Assembly: GCA_012522765.1 (NCBI GenBank)
Contig: JAAYJW010000312.1
Location: 2,753 to 66,752, forward strand
Length of the DNA stretch: 64,000 nucleotides
Source of the DNA: a candidate division WS1 bacterium
GTDB taxonomy: Bacteria; Armatimonadota; Zipacnadia; Zipacnadales; UBA5352
Direction: 5' to 3'
A model generated the notes under the pieces. It saw only the letters and a program-made list of their open reading frames with translations, was not told the origin of the DNA and made no database searches. A program made the position numbers and the translations under genes. How positions within the stretch are numbered: the stretch's first letter is position 1; the number at the start of each line of letters is the position of its first letter. Shown piece by piece: positions 56,897-64,000 of the stretch.

Positions 56897-59800
56897 CTAC
56901 AGCGCGTTGTGCGTGATGCGCAGGTCGCGCAGGCGACCCTCGAACCAGTTGCCGGTCCAGCCCTCACCGATGATCGTGTAGGAGATGTTGTTCGCCGGCA
57001 GCGTGACTTCGAACGACTCAGTCGCTCCGTTGACGCCGAGCGTCATCTGACCGAAGTCGTGGCGCACGGTGATCGTGGACCACGCGCCGGCGGGCACCTC
57101 AAGCCCGCTCTCGTAGCTCTGGCTGGTCCAGGCGTTCGTGACGTAGTTCGCCACCAGCTTGCCGTCCCTGATCTGCAGGCCCAGACCCTTCTGCGACTTC
57201 GTGACCCGCCCGACCAGCAGGAACTGGTCGCCGGCGGTCTCAGGCTTCACCGCGAAGCTCAGCGTGTAGCTTCCACGCCGCGGGAGGCTCTCGCGCGGCA
57301 GTTCGAGGTAGGTGCCGACGCCATCGAACTCCAGCGCCGGTCGCCCATCCTCCTCAACCCACTCAGGCGCTGAATGTGTGGCTGCCTCAGGGTAGTTGCC
57401 CCGACCGCCCCGCCAGAGGCCGTTCGGTGAGCCGCGCCCGGTAGTGGTGCTGGTGTAGCCGCCCAGCACCGCCCAGAAGGGGACCTCATCGCCACTGAGC
57501 AGCACCGCGCCGCGCTCCGGCTCGAACTCATACTCCATCACCGGGATACGCGAGGCTGCCACCTGAACGTCCACCCCGCGCCCCTCCGTCTCCGAGTAGA
57601 TGCGCAGCGGCACCTTGTTCGTGTCATCCACGTTCGGCAACAGCAGCGGGCGCGAGCGGAACTGCCTGCCTTCGGCGGTGGTTACGCGCAGGTGATACTG
57701 CTCCGTGTTGATCTCCGGCCAGATCGGCACCGAGAACGAGACTTCGCGGTCGGTGAGGTGCTGCGGCATATCAACCTGTCGGCGATACGGTTGCACACTG
57801 ATGTGCAGCGGCCCCTCGAAGTCATAGCCGACGATCTTCTTCTCCAACACGTCGCTGAGGGGGACAGAGAAGCTGCCGGTGTCGAAGTCCCACTCGAGGA
57901 CAGCCTCAGCGAGAGCATCTCGTGGCACCGCGAAGTAGATCCAGCGCACCGCCTCTGAGGCGTCGGCAAGCAACTCCAAACGCTGCGCCCCCGGCGCATC
58001 GGCCTCAACCGCAACCGGCGGTGGGCCGGATGAGAGCCACATCGGAGACGCAGCGTTCGCCAGCGTAATCGTTCCCTGCATCGGGATCGTCTTCAGCGAG
58101 CGGTACTCGATCAGGAAGCGCTCGTAACTCGGATCGTCGCGGAGGAACTCCTCGTTGGCGTCCACGGCGTATGCCTCGTCGTCATCACCGAGCAGTTCGA
58201 CCAGCCCCAGTGCCTCCGGGGCCGAAACGGTGCCTGTCAGTGTGAGCGAACCATCCCCGGCGACGCCCGGCTGCCATGCAAGCTCCGCCTGAGCTGCCGG
58301 CAGCAGGTCACGCAGCGGCTGCCGAACCGTCAGGTAGTCCCAGTTCCATGTGGCGCGCAGGTTGATGTGATGGAAACCGCCGTCGAAGGTGATGTCGCGG
58401 CCCTGGTAGCCCGTAACCGTCAGCACCGGGACGAGCGCCCGGGCATCAGCAAGCGTCTCGCTCGGGATCGTCAGGCGCTCCTCCTGCAGCTTCGTGCTGT
58501 CGAAGGTCACAGTCTCAAACTCCCGCACGACTCGGCCCGCCTCATCCTGCAGCGTCAACTGGACCTGATACTGCCCGGCGTCAGTTCCGTCCGGCACATT
58601 AAGCAGTTCGGCAATCAGCACTTCGCCCAGCGTCAGGATCTTGCGCGTGCTGAGGATCAGATTTGGGATGCTGGTATCATCACCCGGCCACGGCGTGGGC
58701 TCCTCGCCCTTGATCTGACTCATGTAGTAGCGCAGGATCCGCCCGGTGGTGTTGGCGCCGTAAACCGTGGGGCGGAAGCTCGTGTTTTCGTTCTGCTCGT
58801 CCCATTCGGGCAGGATGATGACATCCGGACGCGCGTCCATCGCGGCCTCAAAAGATGATCGCAGCGTCCGCGTGTAGTCTTCGAAGAGGTTGTTGCCGCG
58901 GTCGGGAGACATGTGCGAGCGGTAGGCGCTCAGGCCAAGGTACTTGTTGCGATACTCCGGCTCCGCCAGAACGCTTTTGAAGACCGGGATGAAGACTTCG
59001 CGGTAGAACTCGGCGTCGAATGTGTGGTCCTTCTTGCGCAACGCCGGCGGGTAGTTGAAGTAGATACCATCGCAAACATCGAGGTACTCCCGCAGATAGG
59101 CCTTCTCCTTCTCTACCGCGGCGCGAGAAAGCGGCTCGCCTGCCATCAGAGGACCGCGCAGCCCGACGACGTTCGTCAGCGAGGGCAGGAAGACGAAGGT
59201 GTCGCCCACCCGCGCCCGCAGTTCGTCGAGGACCTCTTTCCACTGTGCAGGGGTGAAGCTCTGCGCTCCGTAGCTGGTGATGAGCAGCTTGCCATCAATG
59301 CGCGGCGCGAAGTCGGTCTGCAGGGCGCGCTGGAGGATCTCCGTCTTCTGCGCGAGATGCTCCGGAGTGTAAGCGGTCAGGAACTCCGGCAGCAGCCCCA
59401 CTCCGGGCACGTCGAACTCCTCATGCAGGTCCATCATCGCCAGCCGGCCTTTGGTCTCGGGGAAGAACGCCAGGCCGTCTATGCCGTACTTGACCACCTG
59501 TTGCAATGTGCGCTGATAGCTCGGCGGCGGCGTGGGGTAGTCGGTCTCCATGCGGTAGTCGCGGTTCGCCAGCAGCGGGCGGTCGTTCCACTGGTGGTAG
59601 TAGTTCCTCTGCAGGCCGTACTTCATCTGGCTGCGTGAGAACACCACCGGGCGCGGCGTGAGCGGCTCTCGCGATTCGGCCTGAGCGTGAAGTTCAGCCA
59701 TCAACTTCTCATGGTCGGCCCACGCTTCAGCCGGTGTCATGGGAGGTTCGGGCGTTCCGAGCGCGGTAAGCTCGAGCGCGCCAAACTGCAGTTCGCCATT

Positions 59801-60286
59801 GAGTGCCACCAGCACAATCGAACCGCTCAGGAACGTAGTCTCCTGGCGCGTGACAAAGCTCAGTTCGCGCTCGATCCATGCGCTATCTGGATCGGGCTTG
59901 ATTTCACGGATCGTGACGGATTCCTTGGCGTACGGCTGGACCGGCCGGGCACCCTCGGCCTCATGCTCGCGCAGCATCAGGTAGATGTTCGCCGGCTCCT
60001 GCAGCCCGACTGGCCGCACCTGGTAGCGCACGCGGTAGGCGCAGTTGGGCTCGATCGGAATCCAACCGAGATCGAGTGTCGAGGCGGCCTCGAGTCCCTC
60101 AGCCGAGATCGAGACTGCCGTGCCATCGGGTAGTAACTCTGCGCCTACGCCCTCTGTCTCCGGCAGGCCCAACTGCTCGGGCTGGACGGTCAGCGGCGGT
60201 GGGACGTCCTGCTGCGCAGATGCGCCGCAGATGCAGATGATGAGTGCAACTATCGACAGATAGATCGGCTTGAGCATGAGCTTCAT
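56897..60286 (-). CDS. Large secreted protein with a central glycoside-hydrolase-like region and a C-terminal LamG/concanavalin-A-like lectin domain
   Basis: Signal peptide. C-terminal GSYTLSFAVKP...LGLQIRDGKL...TITVRHDF...LGVNG, typical of LamG. Family of the central domain not assigned. Confidence 0.5.
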   Translation of the reverse strand: MKLMLKPIYLSIVALIICICGASAQQDVPPPLTVQPEQLGLPETEGVGAELLPDGTAVSISAEGLEAASTLDLGWIPIEPNCAYRVRYQVRPVGLQEPANIYLMLREHEAEGARPVQPYAKESVTIREIKPDPDSAWIERELSFVTRQETTFLSGSIVLVALNGELQFGALELTALGTPEPPMTPAEAWADHEKLMAELHAQAESREPLTPRPVVFSRSQMKYGLQRNYYHQWNDRPLLANRDYRMETDYPTPPPSYQRTLQQVVKYGIDGLAFFPETKGRLAMMDLHEEFDVPGVGLLPEFLTAYTPEHLAQKTEILQRALQTDFAPRIDGKLLITSYGAQSFTPAQWKEVLDELRARVGDTFVFLPSLTNVVGLRGPLMAGEPLSRAAVEKEKAYLREYLDVCDGIYFNYPPALRKKDHTFDAEFYREVFIPVFKSVLAEPEYRNKYLGLSAYRSHMSPDRGNNLFEDYTRTLRSSFEAAMDARPDVIILPEWDEQNENTSFRPTVYGANTTGRILRYYMSQIKGEEPTPWPGDDTSIPNLILSTRKILTLGEVLIAELLNVPDGTDAGQYQVQLTLQDEAGRVVREFETVTFDSTKLQEERLTIPSETLADARALVPVLTVTGYQGRDITFDGGFHHINLRATWNWDYLTVRQPLRDLLPAAQAELAWQPGVAGDGSLTLTGTVSAPEALGLVELLGDDDEAYAVDANEEFLRDDPSYERFLIEYRSLKTIPMQGTITLANAASPMWLSSGPPPVAVEADAPGAQRLELLADASEAVRWIYFAVPRDALAEAVLEWDFDTGSFSVPLSDVLEKKIVGYDFEGPLHISVQPYRRQVDMPQHLTDREVSFSVPIWPEINTEQYHLRVTTAEGRQFRSRPLLLPNVDDTNKVPLRIYSETEGRGVDVQVAASRIPVMEYEFEPERGAVLLSGDEVPFWAVLGGYTSTTTGRGSPNGLWRGGRGNYPEAATHSAPEWVEEDGRPALEFDGVGTYLELPRESLPRRGSYTLSFAVKPETAGDQFLLVGRVTKSQKGLGLQIRDGKLVANYVTNAWTSQSYESGLEVPAGAWSTITVRHDFGQMTLGVNGATESFEVTLPANNISYTIIGEGWTGNWFEGRLRDLRITHNAL

Positions 60287-60432
60287 GTTTCGCGTATCTC
60301 CTTCGGACCGGGGTATTATCCTCGACGTGCCCGGCGGGGGGCCTGTTCATTAGGGAGCGCCTCGCACGTACAGTATACCACGGGCCGCGGGGCGGGGTGA
60401 ATAGCCCAGCGCGTGCGTGCGGTACAACACCA

Positions 60433-60457
60433 GGCGCAGGCTAGTGTAGCCTGCGCC
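60433..60457 (-). terminator. Hairpin downstream of the radical SAM gene
   Basis: GGCGCAGGCTA-gtg-TAGCCTGCGCC, an 11-bp perfect stem followed on the minus strand by UGGUGUUGU. Confidence 0.4.
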
Positions 60458-60498
60458 GTGGAAGCACTCGTACGAAGGGAGGAGGCAAGCGCGTCCTA

Positions 60499-61431
60499 TC
60501 ACTGCGCCCGTTTGAAGAACGTCTGGCCCTCCCGATCCTCTCGGTCAAGCTTTCCCTCCGCGATCAGGTGCGTGAGATACTTGATCGCCTCGTTCGGGTG
60601 CATGCCAAGGCCGTGCGAGACGTCCTCAATCGTGCATGGGCGATAGCTCACCAGCGCGAGCACCTCCTCCTCGGAATGTGCCGCGCCCTCGGGAACGTCA
60701 TGTTCCCACGCCGAGGAGATCACGGTGGCACTAGGGCCGAAGATAACCCTCGCGCGCACCAGCGTCCCGTTGTCAACCCGCTTCACATCGGTGCCCGGCG
60801 CCGGCCGCACTACTGTATTGATCTGCACCTGGTCCGGGGCGATGCCGCGGATCACGCGTGCCAGCGCCTCAAGTTGCTCGTTACTATCGTTGACGCCCTC
60901 TACAAGCATGACCTCAAGCCACATCTCGCCATGGAACTCCAGCGCGGTCTCCTCCAGGCCCTCGATGACCTGCTGTAGAGCGAGGCCTTTCACCGGGTGG
61001 TTGATGCGCTCGAAGACCTCCTCAGTGGCGGCGTCGAGCGAGGGCATGATGAGGTCGGCCTGCATAGCCGCATCGCGCGCACCTTTACGCCACAGCAGAG
61101 CGCCGTTGGTGAGCAGGCAGATCGGGATATTCGTCAGTTGCCGCGCGCGCGCCATCGCGTCGCCGAGGTCTATGTTCAGTGTCGGCTCACCGCAGCCGGC
61201 AAAGGTGAGATAGTCGGCCTCCCCGCCGGCCTCCAGCCACGCCTCAAGCTCGCGCAGCACCTCGTCAACGTCCACGTATGCCTTGCGCTCGGCGGTATGA
61301 ACCGTAGTCGGCCCAAGCTGGCAGTAGATACAGTCGAAGCAGCAGGTCTTCATCGGCACCATGTCAACGCCCAGCGACCTACCCAGCCGCCGCGATGGTA
61401 CCGGCCCGTAGAGATGCTTGTACTGAGCCAT
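60499..61431 (-). CDS. Radical SAM protein (COG0731/Tyw1-like family) with C-terminal winged-helix domain
   Basis: GPVPSRRLGRSLGVD...CCFDCIYC cluster motif. C-terminal wHTH-like region. Confidence 0.75.
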   Translation of the reverse strand: MAQYKHLYGPVPSRRLGRSLGVDMVPMKTCCFDCIYCQLGPTTVHTAERKAYVDVDEVLRELEAWLEAGGEADYLTFAGCGEPTLNIDLGDAMARARQLTNIPICLLTNGALLWRKGARDAAMQADLIMPSLDAATEEVFERINHPVKGLALQQVIEGLEETALEFHGEMWLEVMLVEGVNDSNEQLEALARVIRGIAPDQVQINTVVRPAPGTDVKRVDNGTLVRARVIFGPSATVISSAWEHDVPEGAAHSEEEVLALVSYRPCTIEDVSHGLGMHPNEAIKYLTHLIAEGKLDREDREGQTFFKRAQ

Positions 61432-61436
61432 TCATC

Positions 61437-62267
61437 TCACCCGTTCTCGCGTATGCGCTCCATAAGGGCGTCCACGATCTCGTTCCAGGCCTGCCGGACC
61501 GCCTCGGGTGCCTCGTCGCTCGTCAGTGGCTTGCCCTCGTCACTCAGCGCCACGATCTCCGCCGCCAGTGGCACTCGGCCGAGGAACGGCACGTTCATCT
61601 GCCGCGCCATCGCCTCACCGCCGCCGGTGGAGAAGACCTCCGTGCGCTCCCCGCAGTGGGGGCAGACGAAGCCGGACATGTTCTCCACCACGCCCAGCAC
61701 CCTCAGGTTGACCTTATGCGCGAAGTTGATGGCCTTACGGCAGTCGGCCAGCGAGGCCTCCTGCGGCGTGGTGACGATGATTGCGCCATCGGCCTGCGGG
61801 AGCGACTGCGCGAGCGTCAGGGGCTCATCGCCGGTGCCGGGAGGGAGGTCCACCACGAGGAAATCGCGCTGTCCCCACTCCACGTCGCCGAGAAACTGCC
61901 GCAGCACTCCGCCGCGGAGTGGTCCGCGCCAGATAGTAGGCTGATCGCGCTCGGCAGTGAGGAAGCCGATGGACATGACCGCGAGGTTCGGCGCCGCCTC
62001 GACCGGCTGCAGCGCCTCCGGAGTGCCGGACGCCATCTCGCCTGTTACGCCCATCATCAGCGGAATCGTCGGCCCGTGCAGGTCCGCGTCCATCAGTCCC
62101 ACGCGATTCCCGCGCTCAGCCAGCGCCGAAGCGAGGTTGGCGGCGACGGTGCTCTTCCCGACGCCTCCCTTGCCGCTGAGCACGAGTATAACGTGCCCGA
62201 CCTCGCCCATCCTGTCCGCGATCTTCTGCGTCTGCTGCTCATACTGCTGCACCTGATCGTTCATCAT
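61437..62267 (-). CDS. Mrp/NBP35/ApbC family Fe-S cluster carrier ATPase
   Basis: LSGKGGVGKST Walker A. CPHCG motif. Confidence 0.9.
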   Translation of the reverse strand: MMNDQVQQYEQQTQKIADRMGEVGHVILVLSGKGGVGKSTVAANLASALAERGNRVGLMDADLHGPTIPLMMGVTGEMASGTPEALQPVEAAPNLAVMSIGFLTAERDQPTIWRGPLRGGVLRQFLGDVEWGQRDFLVVDLPPGTGDEPLTLAQSLPQADGAIIVTTPQEASLADCRKAINFAHKVNLRVLGVVENMSGFVCPHCGERTEVFSTGGGEAMARQMNVPFLGRVPLAAEIVALSDEGKPLTSDEAPEAVRQAWNEIVDALMERIRENG

Positions 62268-62464
62268 GCGACGACGGTCCTTTCATGCGTCACTGCACCG
62301 TGTTACGGACACTCCTGTCAAGCTTAAGAGGAGGGTTTGGGCCACCCCAACGAATGAAACAGGTTCCCAAGTAAAGCGGGCGCTCTCCTCATAGCCAGAC
62401 AACCGAACCAACGCCACGAGAAAGCCAGATTCTCAGGTAGAGCGGGCGCGGCGCCACCGCGCCG

Positions 62465-63340
62465 TCAGATCCCCGCGATCATCTCCGCGGTTCGCTCCCA
62501 TGCCGCTCGCATCGCCTGTGCCGCCGGCCCGTCGTTGTGCTCGACGAGAGGCTTCTTTGCCGCGAGGGCGTCGGTTACCTGCGGGTCCCACGGTATCTCC
62601 CCGAGAATCGGCAGGCTCCTCATGTTGCACCACGTTCGCAGGTGCTGGGTGTTCGCCTGATTGATGTCGAACTTGTTGATAATCACCGCGGAGGTCAGGC
62701 CGAAGTGATCGATGAGCTGGATCTGCCGCTCCATGTCGTGGATACCCGAGAGCGACGGTTCGGTAACCACTACGGCCAGGTTCGTGTCAGTGAGGGCAGC
62801 GGTAGTAGTGCAGCCGAGGCCGGGCGGGCCGTCAATGATGATCAGCGGCAGATCGTGCTGATAAGCCAGGTCCTCGGCTTTCTGCCGCACCAGCGTGACA
62901 AGGCGGCCTGAGCTCTCCGCTGCCGGCAGCAGCCGCGCGTGAGCCATCGGCCCGTATGCGCTTGTGCCGGTGTACCACGTACCAACCACTACCGGCTCCA
63001 GCTTCAGCGCATTCACGGGACAGACAACCACACAGAGGCCGCAGCCCTCGCAGGCAAGCTCATCCACCTCATCCACGGTGATGGCGTGGAAGCGGCAGCG
63101 TTCTTCGCAGGCGCCGCAGCGGGTACATTTGTCTTCATCGCGCACCGCCACTTTTGCGCCGGTGAACTCCCCGCTGTCGGTGTCTTCCGGATGCATCAGC
63201 AGATACAGATTTGATGCGTCAACATCGCAGTCGGCGATGACCTTGTCGTGTCCCAACGCAGCGAAGGAGGCCACAGTGGTCGTCTTGCCCGTGCCGCCCT
63301 TGCCGCTGACGATCGTTATTTGCTTGAGGTCTGGCATCAT
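62465..63340 (-). CDS. MinD/ParA-superfamily P-loop ATPase with inserted 2x[4Fe-4S] ferredoxin domain
   Basis: SGKGGTGKTT Walker A, CTRCGACEERC...CEGCGLCVVVCP. ATG at 63340 with RBS GGGAG. The track ORF extends to 63592. Confidence 0.8.
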   Translation of the reverse strand: MMPDLKQITIVSGKGGTGKTTTVASFAALGHDKVIADCDVDASNLYLLMHPEDTDSGEFTGAKVAVRDEDKCTRCGACEERCRFHAITVDEVDELACEGCGLCVVVCPVNALKLEPVVVGTWYTGTSAYGPMAHARLLPAAESSGRLVTLVRQKAEDLAYQHDLPLIIIDGPPGLGCTTTAALTDTNLAVVVTEPSLSGIHDMERQIQLIDHFGLTSAVIINKFDINQANTQHLRTWCNMRSLPILGEIPWDPQVTDALAAKKPLVEHNDGPAAQAMRAAWERTAEMIAGI

Positions 63341-63560
63341 GAATGCTCCCGGCGCGTCAGTTCGGATCATTTGAAGTGACGTAGTAAGAAAGTGTCCGCG
63401 TACTGTGTCCGGGCGAGGCGCTCGGGCTGCGCACCGGATTGCGCCCCGCCGGCCAAAAGCCCGGACGCCAGGCGGCCCTCGCCTGGAGAAGCGACATGCA
63501 ACGTCTGCACTTGCGCAAATTCTACTTTCGTCCGATAATGCCCCTGAGCCGCATGGCTCG

Positions 63561-63649
63561 CCTGAGGCAGAGCGGTGGTGGCCGACCACCATCAGAGAGG
63601 GAAACGTAGCTCGGCTACGTCCCGGCAGCCGGCCACCACCAGTCTCAGG
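63561..63649. other. Nested multi-hairpin element abutting the DUF5320 stop codon (candidate structured 3'UTR/leader RNA)
   Basis: Outer stem CCTGAG...CTCAGG encloses GGTGGTGG...CCACCACC, TGGTGG-ccga-CCACCA and ACGTAGC-tcg-GCTACGT. Confidence 0.2.
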
Positions 63650-63949
63650 CTACCACCAACGTCCGCGGCCCATGCCGCGCCCGAAGCCGCCACCGCGGCC
63701 CCAGGCCATCCCGCCGCCGCAGGGGCCCCTGCCCCAGCCGAAGCGTGGATAGGCGCCGGGCATCATGCCGTAGCCCATCCCCCAGCCTCCGCCGTAGCCG
63801 GCGTAAGGGTAGCCATAGCCCATCCCGTAGGGGCGAGCGCCATAGCTCCCGTAGCCGCCGTAGCTTGCCCCGTAGGGGCTGCAGAAGCCACGGCCGCCGC
63901 CGGTCATCGGGCCCATTCCGGCAGGTCCTGTTCCATCCATTCCTGGCAT
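63650..63949 (-). CDS. DUF5320 family small Gly/Tyr-rich protein
   Basis: MPGMDGTGPAGMGPMTGGGRGFC... then GYG repeats. Strong RBS AGGAGGTG. Confidence 0.65.
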   Translation of the reverse strand: MPGMDGTGPAGMGPMTGGGRGFCSPYGASYGGYGSYGARPYGMGYGYPYAGYGGGWGMGYGMMPGAYPRFGWGRGPCGGGMAWGRGGGFGRGMGRGRWW

Positions 63950-64000
63950 TTGGATCACACCTCCTGTATGCCGAATATGATGCGTCATCGCTTGCTCACT

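Noticed and set aside
62465-63340. Cell-division MinD
   Set aside because: It has a ferredoxin insertion, no minC or minE neighbours, and sits in an Fe-S/radical SAM context.
63530-63650. Possible TPP riboswitch (GATAATGCC and CTGAG-like strings)
   Set aside because: The order and spacing of the conserved TPP elements are wrong. No thiamine gene follows. Retained only as a generic structured element.
1-64000. CRISPR arrays, tRNA/rRNA genes, prophage or integrase signatures
   Set aside because: No regularly spaced direct repeats, no cloverleaf-like conserved tRNA boxes in the intergenic gaps (which are all short), and no integrase or transposase-like translations were seen.

Overview
High-GC (roughly 65-70%), gene-dense bacterial chromosomal segment of about 50 protein-coding genes. 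The six-frame track is crowded with spurious antisense ORFs, which is usual at this GC. I found no rRNA, tRNA, CRISPR array, transposase or integrase. The content falls into five modules.

1. Positions 1-18.3 kb: a large sensor protein (single Cache - PAS - CBS pair - DUF294 nucleotidyltransferase) that is in-frame continuous with an upstream PHP-domain ORF. It is followed by carbohydrate-active and lipid enzymes: a sulfatase-like protein, a neutral ceramidase-like protein, a Gfo/Idh/MocA oxidoreductase, GH130, a GH20-like hexosaminidase, a nitrilase-family protein, a PIG-L deacetylase, a polysaccharide deacetylase, an L,D-transpeptidase, KDPG aldolase and an amidohydrolase. Small genes here include an orphan Flp pilin, a PKD lipoprotein, a FeoB-associated Cys-rich peptide and a Pmp3/YqaE proteolipid that the ORF track missed.

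2. Positions 18.4-25.7 kb: a housekeeping block gmk-coaBC-metK-priA-def-fmt.

3. Positions 26.1-42.3 kb, the most unusual part. A [2Fe-2S] RACo-like ASKHA reductive activator and a cobalamin-binding corrinoid protein sit immediately upstream of a tightly overlapping 10-gene operon. That operon encodes a small DMT flippase-like protein, two YfhO-family GT-C proteins, a B12-binding radical SAM enzyme, two further GT-C membrane glycosyltransferases (one GT39/GT83 PMT/ArnT-like), a KdsC-like HAD phosphatase, and a GT2-GT4-GT2 set. I read it as an elaborate extracytoplasmic (polyprenyl-phosphate-sugar dependent) glycosylation system with a cobalamin-dependent tailoring step.

4. Positions 42.4-60.3 kb: a histidine kinase, a BatA-like double-TM protein, alanine racemase, two large secreted GHL10/GH20-like proteins sharing a C-terminal domain, a standalone membrane C39 peptidase domain, an amidohydrolase, and two large convergent secreted proteins separated by a repeat- and hairpin-rich spacer.

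5. Positions 60.5-64 kb: a radical-SAM (COG0731-like, with wHTH) - Mrp/ApbC - MinD-ferredoxin ATPase - DUF5320 cluster that is conserved but functionally uncharacterised.

All calls rest on motif-level reading of the translations. No database search was possible.
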